From a virus (lineage: Duplodnaviria; Caudoviricetes): a DNA stretch of 59,415 bases. Below the pieces are notes generated by a model that saw only the letters and a program-made list of their open reading frames with translations, ran no database searches and was not told where the DNA came from. Positions 39,741-47,997 of the stretch are shown in pieces. Every line of letters starts with the position of its first letter. The stretch's first letter is position 1. The stretch covers positions 1 through 59,415 of IMG/VR virus record IMGVR_UViG_3300020403_000009; one strand, 5' to 3'. A program made the position numbers and the translations under genes.

Positions 39741-39917
39741 TTAGAGAAGTCCTCTAAATTTCTTCATAGATTCCGCTCTTTCGATTCCATCTGCAACCAT
39801 CTTAATCTTGCGGTCCTCTTTAATAATTCTTTTCATATTGGCAGCTTGTTGGATGCCTGTCATACCATCAGGTCTCTCATTTATAAGTCTACCATTCTTA
39901 ATAGTTAGTCCGTGCAT
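39741..39917 (-). CDS. Hypothetical protein (58 aa)
   Basis: MHGLTIKNGRLINERPDG...; followed by a terminator. Confidence 0.65.
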   Translation of the reverse strand: MHGLTIKNGRLINERPDGMTGIQQAANMKRIIKEDRKIKMVADGIERAESMKKFRGLL

Positions 39918-39918
39918 A

Positions 39919-40053
39919 TCAATACATTATTTTTAAACTTATTAATCCTAAATAGATTGTCACTTCAGAATAATTAAAATCCCTGTCTTTAGGGTAATAA
40001 GACCAGCCTAATGCAAATCCTATTTTAAGTCTGTTGTGAATTTCTAATTCCAT
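39919..40053 (-). CDS. Hypothetical protein (44 aa)
   Basis: MELEIHNRLKIGFALGWSYY...; TACCTTTG at 40064-40057. Confidence 0.6.
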   Translation of the reverse strand: MELEIHNRLKIGFALGWSYYPKDRDFNYSEVTIYLGLISLKIMY

Positions 40054-40509
40054 ATACAAAGGTAATAAAAAATATTAGATACATAGAGTGTTTGGGTTCT
40101 CTATGCGCGCACGGCCGCCGCGCCCAAACCGAAAGCCGATTTTTTTTTGCTATCCCCCATATCGATTTAGCTATTGCAGTCTAGATTTTTTGCCGTTTTT
40201 CCTAGCTACCTAAGCCTAGACTACATTGTGTCTAGCCTAGCCTAGGAGGAACGTACGTTTCACGTTTGTTTTACAGACAAAGAAACATCCGTTAACATCT
40301 CTCCAGTTAAACAACATCCAAAACAAAACTATGTATTCAATGCTATTCTAATCCCTTTATCCATAGCCTATTGCAGTAGATTGCACACGAAAGATTAGTA
40401 TCGTAGCTAATTTTCCCGAAAAACCTATGGTAATATCAATACTTTACACTATATTTACATAAGTAATGCACAAGAGATGTGCATCGATAAACACTAAAAC
40501 TAGATTAAA

Positions 40510-41181
40510 ATGAGAAATCTACTAGAAATTGAGACAGGGCTACTAAGCTCGGATGTAGTCAAACAAGGGCTACAATTGACTAAGGTTAAATCCTTACAGA
40601 AATCTATCAAGACTGCTGAACGTACTAAATTCAGAAAATCTTTAGAGATGGCTACCTTGATGAGACAAGGTAAAGAATGGTTTGATAAGCCTGAGACACA
40701 ATTACTATTTGCTGAGCAAGGTATTGTATGGACAATTGATGAATTAGCTGATAAAGTATTCGAATTATCAAAATCAAGAATGTACAGATGCATCAAGGCT
40801 AGTAACGTAGCTGAGGATGTGGTCCAAATCTTCGAAAACCAATGTAAGCATTTGCAGGATGCAGGAGAAAAGGTAGAAATATCTATTGATGCATTAAACC
40901 AATTTGCTAAGGCTTATGCTGAGGATGAAGATGTGAACGTAGCTGATTTACAAGCTACTTCTGATAGTGTCGTTAACGACACTACTGCTGATGATAGTGT
41001 CAATGAGGATACTACTGAGGATGCTACTGAGACTACTAGCGATACCATTTTTACTTTGTCTTTCAAACGTGATAGTGGTAACGTGTCTGTACGATACAGT
41101 CATAGCGAAGGATTAGTTACTACCAATAGTGCTGATGATATCCGTAGTGCAATAGCATTTCTAACTGAACAATTACAATAA
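40510..41181 (+). CDS. First early gene; hypothetical with possible HTH and acidic linker
   Basis: WTIDELADKVFELSKSRMYRCIK; D/E/T-rich linker. Confidence 0.75.
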   Translation: MRNLLEIETGLLSSDVVKQGLQLTKVKSLQKSIKTAERTKFRKSLEMATLMRQGKEWFDKPETQLLFAEQGIVWTIDELADKVFELSKSRMYRCIKASNVAEDVVQIFENQCKHLQDAGEKVEISIDALNQFAKAYAEDEDVNVADLQATSDSVVNDTTADDSVNEDTTEDATETTSDTIFTLSFKRDSGNVSVRYSHSEGLVTTNSADDIRSAIAFLTEQLQ

Positions 41182-41202
41182 CCTAAAATAACTTCAAACA
41201 TT

Positions 41203-42123
41203 ATGAAAAAAGGTATAACATATACAGTAACAGGAGAACAGTCACGTTCTCGCATGAATAGTTACCATGGCAAACCTAGTGTACTAGACCATAGCTATGG
41301 TGCTACTGAGATTGATGTGAAGAACATCAAATCCAAAGTACTAGACCAATCTGGAATTTCAGTTGTACTAGGTCGTAGAACAAGGATAGCTAACTATCGC
41401 AGTAAGTACACTATTGGATTCGAGATTGAGAAATCTACATTTGGTAGAGGACAACGTAAGGAGTACGCTCTAATCCAAGGCTACGAGCGTGATGGTAGTT
41501 GTGGTGTGGAGGCTGTGACTAACATACTACCTTTACTTCCTCCTAGCCAATGGAGGAATAAAATCTTCGATATGATTTTTAAAGCCAAGGGTATTATGGA
41601 TGATGATAAAAGTCCAAGTACAATGCGATGTGGTGGTCACATCACTATTGGTGTGAATGGTTTGTGTGGACAAGAGTTAAACGAGAAAGTTAGACTCAAT
41701 GCATCTATCTTACTAGCCTTATTCCGTAAGAGACTAAAGAATGGGTATGTGCGAAACAACCTACGGATGCAACCATATGCTGACAACAATGGAGAGAGAC
41801 TATCTCATTTCAATGGATGGGATAGAAAGTATCAAATCGCGTTAGCTAAGAATAACTGCCTAGAGTTTAGAGTACCTAATCGTATTACTAGCTACAAGCA
41901 GATGTTCAGAAGATACGAACTGATGTATCAGATTGTTGATTTCAGCATCACTAAACCCAATGGTAGATTCAGTACTTTACTCAATAAGGTAAAGCCTACT
42001 ATCCTCTCTATGTACGAGGGAGATACTACCAAGACTGATATGATACTAAGCCTTGCGAAAGACTTCTACAAGTTTGTCAAGGATGGTACAATATCTAATA
42101 GCATCGAGGAGTTTATCCGATGA
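41203..42123 (+). CDS. Amidoligase (COOH-NH2 ligase, Amidoligase_2-like)
   Basis: IGFEIE, DGS..VE.VT, CGGHI, LEFR motifs. Confidence 0.75.
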   Translation: MKKGITYTVTGEQSRSRMNSYHGKPSVLDHSYGATEIDVKNIKSKVLDQSGISVVLGRRTRIANYRSKYTIGFEIEKSTFGRGQRKEYALIQGYERDGSCGVEAVTNILPLLPPSQWRNKIFDMIFKAKGIMDDDKSPSTMRCGGHITIGVNGLCGQELNEKVRLNASILLALFRKRLKNGYVRNNLRMQPYADNNGERLSHFNGWDRKYQIALAKNNCLEFRVPNRITSYKQMFRRYELMYQIVDFSITKPNGRFSTLLNKVKPTILSMYEGDTTKTDMILSLAKDFYKFVKDGTISNSIEEFIR

Positions 42124-42133
42124 TGTAAGCAAA

Positions 42134-42160
42134 GGGTGGTGTCCATTGTGGACACTATCC
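42134..42160 (+). other. RNA hairpin directly 5' of the ribozyme
   Basis: GGGTGGTGTCCA-TTG-TGGACACTATCC; 12 bp with two G-U pairs and no U tail. Confidence 0.75.
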
Positions 42161-42211
42161 TCTGTCCATAGGTGTGTGCCTATGCTGATGAGACTAAAAG
42201 GTCGAAACAGA
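42161..42211 (+). ncRNA. Hammerhead ribozyme, type III
   Basis: Stem III TCTGT/ACAGA, GUC cleavage triplet (after 42166), stem I CATAGG/CCTATG, CTGATGA core, stem II GAC/GTC, GAAA. Confidence 0.9.
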
Positions 42212-42234
42212 AACATTAATTTAAATTAAATATT

Positions 42235-42417
42235 ATGAGTGTAAACTACGAATGTAAATATGCAGAACGAGATAAAAAAAGAAGAGAGATAGCACAAGAA
42301 CGTGCTGAAGAACTTATAGATAATCTCAATGAGGAGATGAGAAGTAAAGCCTATTCTGAATCAGAACAGATAGCAATACTTAGTCAAATCAAATCTATTT
42401 TTAACAAATATTATTAA
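42235..42417 (+). CDS. Hypothetical protein
   Basis: ORF track; A/T-rich leader. Confidence 0.7.
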   Translation: MSVNYECKYAERDKKRREIAQERAEELIDNLNEEMRSKAYSESEQIAILSQIKSIFNKYY

Positions 42418-42421
42418 TACT

Positions 42422-42742
42422 ATGACACAGTTAGATTTAACCGAAAGACTGACACGAAAAAAGTACTCAGTCTATGCGTACACTAATGTGTACCTTAACG
42501 ATGGATTCATAGCCTTTGCTGATAGCCTAGGCATAGGATTCCTTAAACGCACTCGAAAGGGTGTTAGAACTACTGCCAATGGCAGAGTGAGATGGTATCA
42601 TACCAACGACAATGCGATACAATCGGCTCTCACCAGCGTGAGAAAGAACTATGGCATATCAATTCCCAGCAATGGCTGGAATAAAGTGAAGGTCAAGCAT
42701 TATAACTTGACTGATGTTGAACAGTTAATCCCATTACTATGA
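42422..42742 (+). CDS. Hypothetical protein
   Basis: ORF track. Confidence 0.7.
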   Translation: MTQLDLTERLTRKKYSVYAYTNVYLNDGFIAFADSLGIGFLKRTRKGVRTTANGRVRWYHTNDNAIQSALTSVRKNYGISIPSNGWNKVKVKHYNLTDVEQLIPLL

Positions 42743-42870
42743 GCAGTAAAGCTAGATGGGAACGAGCAATTACCCTGCAAAAAAAGTGGGGTAAATTGTC
42801 TCGACAGGTAGAAAAAGAGACAGGGCAAAAAACTAACCTGTTGATAAATAATAACTTGAATAATAAATAA
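42739..42870 (+). CDS. Hypothetical protein (43 aa)
   Basis: MSSKARWERAITLQKKWG...; ATGA-coupled. Confidence 0.55.
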   Translation: MSSKARWERAITLQKKWGKLSRQVEKETGQKTNLLINNNLNNK

Positions 42871-42891
42871 TTTATATAACTTGCAAAACCT

Positions 42892-43101
42892 ATGGAACTA
42901 AACAAAAAAACGCTAGATGCAAAGCTAAAGCAGATAGCACAATTCGAAGAGACTTATGGAAGTGACCATGGACAGACTAGCGTTCATGCCATGAAGAAAT
43001 TTTGTACCGATGAAAAATACAGAAAGCGTGTACGAGATTTCAATAAATCGATAGCTGAAACATTCCGGACTTATCGATTTAAAACTCCTTATAACGATTA
43101 G
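42892..43101 (+). CDS. Hypothetical protein
   Basis: ORF track. Confidence 0.7.
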   Translation: MELNKKTLDAKLKQIAQFEETYGSDHGQTSVHAMKKFCTDEKYRKRVRDFNKSIAETFRTYRFKTPYND

Positions 43102-43131
43102 GATTAAAATCGTTTAACTAAACTATATATT

Positions 43132-43407
43132 ATGAATTTTGAAACTGATTATTTAGCCAACAAAATCGAGGACAAACAACTCCAAGATTTATTAATCAAA
43201 TCAAGAAAGAAAGTGAACGGAAAAACTTATGTAAGACCTGTTCATTACCAAGGCAGAACCTATTGGAATGTAGGTCAAGCCATAAACGAAGAGAAAGCGA
43301 GAACATCAGACACAACCATTCTAAAGATGGGTGCAATAATGATGGGAGTACAGATGACACTAATGATAGGGTTATATGTAGTAGCAAGGTATTTGGGATT
43401 ATCCTGA
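43132..43407 (+). CDS. C-terminally anchored membrane protein
   Basis: Hydrophobic C-terminus. Confidence 0.7.
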   Translation: MNFETDYLANKIEDKQLQDLLIKSRKKVNGKTYVRPVHYQGRTYWNVGQAINEEKARTSDTTILKMGAIMMGVQMTLMIGLYVVARYLGLS

Positions 43408-43433
43408 TGTTTTGTTTTGTTTTTTTAGTGATG

Positions 43434-43460
43434 GGGAGGCAGAAATGTCTCCCTTTTTTT
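43434..43460 (+). terminator. Intrinsic terminator, copy 1
   Basis: GGGAGGCA-GAAA-TGTCTCCC-T7. Confidence 0.9.
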
Positions 43461-43467
43461 ATGCGAT

Positions 43468-43511
43468 AGTGTCGCCAACGACACTCACAATAGTGTCGTC
43501 ACAACGACACT
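43468..43511. promoter_or_regulatory. Two tandem AGTGTCG-N4/6-CGACACT palindromic sites
   Basis: Between terminator and promoter; further copies at 2139, 22664 and 40966. Confidence 0.75.
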
Positions 43512-43529
43512 CAAAAAACACAAAATAAA

Positions 43530-43561
43530 TTTGGTTATGTGCGAATAATGTGTTATCTTTG
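43530..43561 (+). promoter_or_regulatory. Bacteroidota sigma-A promoter
   Basis: TTTG-N20-TATCTTTG. Confidence 0.85.
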
Positions 43562-43615
43562 TGATTATTAATCGAGGTCAGTGTAGACCAATGCACTCCT
43601 CACAAACATAAAACT

Positions 43616-44668
43616 ATGTGTATTATTATTATCAAACAAAAGACCAATGCCATTCCAATGGACATCCTCAAGAACTCAGCGAGGATTAATCCCCACGGAC
43701 TAGGCATTGTTTGGTTAGATACCTATAAGGTATCGTACCACAAATCAAAAGAGTATAAACTTCTAAACACAGACAGACCATTCATTGCACACTTTAGGTA
43801 TGCAACTGTTGGTGCAATAAACAGAGACAACACACATCCATTTGTATGTGGTAACAACTCTGATGAACTGCTGATGATGAACGGAACTATCAAGGGACTT
43901 GGCAATGACAAGATGTGTGATAGTAAGGTACTAGCTAACAAGCTAGGACTTGTGCCGAGACAGACTTGGAAAAAATCACTAGCCAAGTATGATTGTCGAT
44001 TCGTTACAATCAATACTAGAACTCGTTCGTTTCAGATTTACAACAAGCATCTCTACACTCACAGAGATGGAGTATGGTATTCCAAGACCAACGTACTACA
44101 AGACAATCTTGTAGCAGTCTACGGAACTCTAAAGAAAGGATACTCAAACTACCAACGCTATCTTAGAACTTCAAACCACATCGCTAGTGGTGTGACTGCT
44201 AACAAATATCCTCTTGTTATCAAAGGACTTCCGTATCTCATCGAGAGAGAGGGTAAGGGATACAATGTAGAGGTAGATATCTTTAGTGTATCAAACGATA
44301 CGCTAAGAGATTTAGACAGTCTTGAGGGACATCCCAACTTCTACGAGCGAAAGCAGACAGAGATTCTTGCCAAGGGTAAGCGATACACTTGTTGGATATA
44401 CTTCAACCGAACTCATACGAGCGAGGGAGAGGTATACCACGAGTCATATAGTCAAGCACCATTACGCTCATACCTATTCGAAAGAGAGGAAGAGGTATTG
44501 CCATCTTGCAATCAGTTTAGCTTTGATGATGTGCCATTGGAGGATGAGTCTCCAATATGCATAGATTGTTTCCACGACCTAGAGTATGATGGATTCAACA
44601 ACTACCATTGCACAGGATGTGATGGATGGTTTACAGAAAACGATGTTACACACTTTAATAAATTTTAA
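43616..44668 (+). CDS. Class II glutamine amidotransferase fused to gamma-glutamylcyclotransferase and a Zn ribbon
   Basis: MC start, NPHG.G, HFRYAT.G...NTHPF, NG, DS; VYGTLKKG..N, LD.LEG..FYER; CIDC...CTGC. Confidence 0.88.
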   Translation: MCIIIIKQKTNAIPMDILKNSARINPHGLGIVWLDTYKVSYHKSKEYKLLNTDRPFIAHFRYATVGAINRDNTHPFVCGNNSDELLMMNGTIKGLGNDKMCDSKVLANKLGLVPRQTWKKSLAKYDCRFVTINTRTRSFQIYNKHLYTHRDGVWYSKTNVLQDNLVAVYGTLKKGYSNYQRYLRTSNHIASGVTANKYPLVIKGLPYLIEREGKGYNVEVDIFSVSNDTLRDLDSLEGHPNFYERKQTEILAKGKRYTCWIYFNRTHTSEGEVYHESYSQAPLRSYLFEREEEVLPSCNQFSFDDVPLEDESPICIDCFHDLEYDGFNNYHCTGCDGWFTENDVTHFNKF

Positions 44669-44670
44669 TC

Positions 44671-44862
44671 ATGAAAAATTTTAAAGCAGATATTGGAGAT
44701 ATTGTTTATCATCTTGGAGTAAAATCTAAGATTATAAGCATAGAATGGTGCAGTTACACAAAACAATTCCTTTACGACATAAAAGAATTAGAACCACCAT
44801 TTTATCAAGTAAGAGCAGTCGGCTCAAAATGGAGAGCATTAACACACTTTAATAAATTTTAA
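44671..44862 (+). CDS. Hypothetical protein flanked by a 22-bp direct repeat
   Basis: Ends in THFNKF, like the upstream gene. Confidence 0.65.
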   Translation: MKNFKADIGDIVYHLGVKSKIISIEWCSYTKQFLYDIKELEPPFYQVRAVGSKWRALTHFNKF

Positions 44863-44864
44863 TT

Positions 44865-45011
44865 ATGAGAACAAAAATAACAGAAACAATAACCAATAAG
44901 TTTAGAGTATTGTGGTCAGACTGCAATGGACTTAGAGGTGGGTATCAAGATTTTGATACCCTAGACCAAGCGAAAGATTTTAATAACCTTAAAATAAAAG
45001 ACAATGCCTAA
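44865..45011 (+). CDS. Hypothetical protein (48 aa)
   Basis: MRTKITETITNKFRVLWSD...; fills the gap. Confidence 0.6.
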   Translation: MRTKITETITNKFRVLWSDCNGLRGGYQDFDTLDQAKDFNNLKIKDNA

Positions 45012-45540
45012 TCACGTTTATAATGTTTTACATACAGACAAGCCTTTGACTGCTAAAGTATTACACGAGCAGTCAGAACACTTGAATGGTGGACTAGCTA
45101 TGTTAGTCATGCCAAGACCAACAGACCAAGAAGAAAATTGGTATGCTTGGAACTGCAACAATTGGGGAACTAAATGGGGATGCTACGACCAAGATGTAGA
45201 AGGAGACCAAATAAACTTTACAACTGCATGGGACACACTTAGTGATGATGTTCTTGATAAACTTGCCAAACACTTTCCTAATATGGTTTTTTATTATGAA
45301 GAAGAACAAGGATGGGGAGGAGAGATTGTATATAAAAATGGAACTCAATATTCCCATGAAAGATTTGATATCCCTAAATGGGATGCTCATGGACAGACAC
45401 AGGATGGTGTAGATGTATACAGACTTGCTGAAAACTACACGAGGATTGATGAAAGTTATGATAGTGGGTGGTATTACCATCAGAACTTAGAAGAACCTGT
45501 AGATTTGTCAGAGAAAATTTTGATTGTTCAAGAATATTAA
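45004..45540 (+). CDS. DUF1281/YubB-like ferredoxin-fold protein
   Basis: MPN, WY.W...NWGTKW, F.TAW, Y.EE..G. Confidence 0.75.
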   Translation: MPNHVYNVLHTDKPLTAKVLHEQSEHLNGGLAMLVMPRPTDQEENWYAWNCNNWGTKWGCYDQDVEGDQINFTTAWDTLSDDVLDKLAKHFPNMVFYYEEEQGWGGEIVYKNGTQYSHERFDIPKWDAHGQTQDGVDVYRLAENYTRIDESYDSGWYYHQNLEEPVDLSEKILIVQEY

Positions 45541-45590
45541 TTACATTAGCATAAATAAGAGTGTTCATAAAGTTTGAAGTTAATTAATTA

Positions 45591-45619
45591 GGGAGGCAGA
45601 AATGTCTCCCTTTTTTTTT
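45591..45619 (+). terminator. Intrinsic terminator, copy 2
   Basis: Stem-loop identical to copy 1, plus T9. Confidence 0.9.
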
Positions 45620-45628
45620 GCATAAAAG

Positions 45629-45660
45629 TTTGGTGGTGTGCAGAAGATGTGTTACCTTTG
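45629..45660 (+). promoter_or_regulatory. Bacteroidota sigma-A promoter
   Basis: TTTG-N20-TACCTTTG. Confidence 0.85.
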
Positions 45661-45683
45661 AGTAAACATAAAACTTATATATT

Positions 45684-45848
45684 ATGCCAACACTTTCAGA
45701 AGACCAACTGTTTAATAACTTTCTTGATGATGACTATCAAGCTAAACAGTTTCAAATCCAAACTAAAACTCCCTACAGGGAACGTAACCCAAAGCAAGAG
45801 AACATTATAGATATGGTGGCACTTGCTAATAAAATCTTTTTAAAATGA
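45684..45848 (+). CDS. Hypothetical protein (54 aa)
   Basis: MPTLSEDQLFNNFL...; ATGA-coupled to the next gene. Confidence 0.6.
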   Translation: MPTLSEDQLFNNFLDDDYQAKQFQIQTKTPYRERNPKQENIIDMVALANKIFLK

Positions 45849-46153
45849 ATAAGAGACAAATCTTTCAGTCTTACATAGACAACATCACTCAATTTTTTGG
45901 TATAAGCCAGAGCGAATTATTTTCTGGAGCAAGAGACTATGATAGTCTAGAGCAGAGACAACTCTTCTTTTATCTTTGTAATAAGAGGGGCATACCTGTT
46001 GCATCTATCCAAAGATTTTTAGAGAAGAACAACTACAACATCCATCACTCTAATATCCTAAGAGGTATACAGAAGATGAATGAGAAGATTGAACAGAGCG
46101 AGGATTACAAACGAATTATTCCTCGCCTTGAAGTTATTACTGCTGATGTATAA
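45845..46153 (+). CDS. DnaA domain IV-like HTH protein
   Basis: FFGIS..EL.S..R......RQ...YL...HS.IL.G. Confidence 0.7.
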   Translation: MNKRQIFQSYIDNITQFFGISQSELFSGARDYDSLEQRQLFFYLCNKRGIPVASIQRFLEKNNYNIHHSNILRGIQKMNEKIEQSEDYKRIIPRLEVITADV

Positions 46154-46553
46154 TGAACTACATGATGTTTACGAACAAGCAGTAGAAGACCATGCAACTA
46201 CAAACCTTGATGGTAATGAATACGATGCGAGGATGTCTTATGGAATCAAAATAGTACGAAACCACAACGACAACACAGTACAGATATTTAATACTGCGAG
46301 AGGTGGAGACTACTACAAAGAACTAGATGAGGATGAGTATAATATCTTCTTTGAGTTTGGGTGGGTAGTAGGTGTCTGTAAGATGACACTTAAAAAATAT
46401 AAGGAGAGACTTGATACTGTTGAAGAAAAAATGAAAAACGAAATCAATGGTAGAAACAACTCCAAGTATATTTCTTTCTTAAAAGAAACAAGAAAGGTAA
46501 CCTTAAATAAATATTATAAAATAACTCAAAAATTAAATCAACATGAAAACTAA
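46146..46553 (+). CDS. Hypothetical protein
   Basis: ORF track; start probably 46146. Confidence 0.7.
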   Translation: MYNELHDVYEQAVEDHATTNLDGNEYDARMSYGIKIVRNHNDNTVQIFNTARGGDYYKELDEDEYNIFFEFGWVVGVCKMTLKKYKERLDTVEEKMKNEINGRNNSKYISFLKETRKVTLNKYYKITQKLNQHEN

Positions 46554-47250
46554 ATTTGTAAGGACCCTAGATTACAATCGATTCAGATTCTTCAACACCA
46601 ACAGAAGTATTGTAGAATCGCACGTTAGAAAACTAATAGCATCTATCTCAGAGATAGGACTGTTAGAAGAGATAACAATCAATGAAGACTATTATATTAT
46701 AGATGGTCAGCATAGATTCGAGGCACTAAAAAGAATGGGCGAACATATCGTTGCTAAGATAAAAATAGGTGCATCATCAGATAGTATCATCCCTGTAAAC
46801 ATTATAAGAAAAGGATGGTCTATTATGGATTACATAAATCATTATGCTGAAAGAGGTAATAATCACTACAAACTTATTAGAGAAGTAATAGAGAATAATG
46901 ATACCAAACTATCAACAGGAACACTCCTTGATTTATATTCAGATAGTACGTCTCAATCTTCAGCTAAAGGAATCAGAGAAGGTATTTTTAAAATCAATAT
47001 GGACAAAGGTGTAATGTTAACGGATATGATTGTAGGACTTGAACCATACATTCCAATGTATTCACAAACAACCAAGTTTGCACGAGCGTTTAGTAAAGTA
47101 GTAAAGAGTAATGAGAACTTTGATATTAAAAGATTCAAAAGGCAATTACAAAAATACAAGCTGATGATTTATCCAAACTCAGATGATACTGCAAGAAGTA
47201 TAGTGGAATTATATAACAGAAGATTAGGAGAAAAAAATAGAATATTTTAA
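46543..47250 (+). CDS. ParB/Srx N-terminal domain protein
   Basis: NR...L..SI...GL...I.I....IIDGQHR..A. Confidence 0.8.
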   Translation: MKTKFVRTLDYNRFRFFNTNRSIVESHVRKLIASISEIGLLEEITINEDYYIIDGQHRFEALKRMGEHIVAKIKIGASSDSIIPVNIIRKGWSIMDYINHYAERGNNHYKLIREVIENNDTKLSTGTLLDLYSDSTSQSSAKGIREGIFKINMDKGVMLTDMIVGLEPYIPMYSQTTKFARAFSKVVKSNENFDIKRFKRQLQKYKLMIYPNSDDTARSIVELYNRRLGEKNRIF

Positions 47251-47252
47251 TT

Positions 47253-47807
47253 ATGACAAATCAACTTAAAACAATAAAGGTACAAGGTGGTAAAGAATAC
47301 GCTGAGGTACACACAAGAGTAAACTATTTCCGTTCACAAGAGAAATATAAAGACTGGTCAGAAGACTGTGACATCATTCAATGTGCAGATGATATGTCTT
47401 GGGTGCTGATGAAAGCAACCATATCATATCCCGATGGGCGAGTAGCTTCTGTTGGTCATGCTTTTGAAAAGCAAGATGGAAGTAGAATCAACCAACGAAA
47501 CCACGTTGAGAACTGCGAGACATCAGCAGTAGGTCGTGCATTAGGACTGCTAGGTATAGGTAGCGATGGTAGTATTGCTTCCTATGAGGAGGTAGTTAAT
47601 GCAATCGAGAACGAGAAGACTGATACTAGCAAACCAAAGGAGTACATCTTGGACACAGACAATTGGGCGAAAGCACTAAAGTATATCGCATCCAAGAAAG
47701 ATACCATGACTCTAGAGCAAATTATTAAAACCTTTGAAGACCAGAAATACGGAACTCTTCGGGCGAAAGATAAGACTGCCGTTAAAAAAGCTTATGAAGG
47801 AAAGTAA
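47253..47807 (+). CDS. Single-strand annealing protein (Rad52/Sak/ERF-like)
   Basis: GKEY..V..RV, ENCETSAVGRALG.LGIG...IAS.EE. Confidence 0.7.
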   Translation: MTNQLKTIKVQGGKEYAEVHTRVNYFRSQEKYKDWSEDCDIIQCADDMSWVLMKATISYPDGRVASVGHAFEKQDGSRINQRNHVENCETSAVGRALGLLGIGSDGSIASYEEVVNAIENEKTDTSKPKEYILDTDNWAKALKYIASKKDTMTLEQIIKTFEDQKYGTLRAKDKTAVKKAYEGK

Positions 47808-47997
47808 GCTAATCGAAATGCAGAACAAGGTCGAGTCTCAAACTCGTGTGATGCAACAGATAATTAACGAACTAGGGCAGACACGACAAATCGTGATAAG
47901 CTTACTAGAAATAGTTAAGAGATTTAAAGAATATGAACCAATCATAAAACAACTAGAAGATGAACGAAAAGCAGATTCTAAAAAAGCTAAAGGATGA
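47794..47997 (+). CDS. Hypothetical coiled-coil protein
   Basis: MKESKLIEMQ...; start probably 47794. Confidence 0.6.
   Translation: MKESKLIEMQNKVESQTRVMQQIINELGQTRQIVISLLEIVKRFKEYEPIIKQLEDERKADSKKAKG

Noticed and set aside
40255-40270. GTTTCACGT, resembling bacterial parS
   Set aside because: Only a half-site; the second arm is absent.
43434-43511. CRISPR-like mini-array
   Set aside because: The repeats are a terminator and two palindromes 6 bp apart; no spacers and no cas genes.
43858-43885. Other CTGATGA hammerhead-core matches (also ~40988 and ~41132)
   Set aside because: Inside CDSs, with no flanking stems or correctly placed GAAA.
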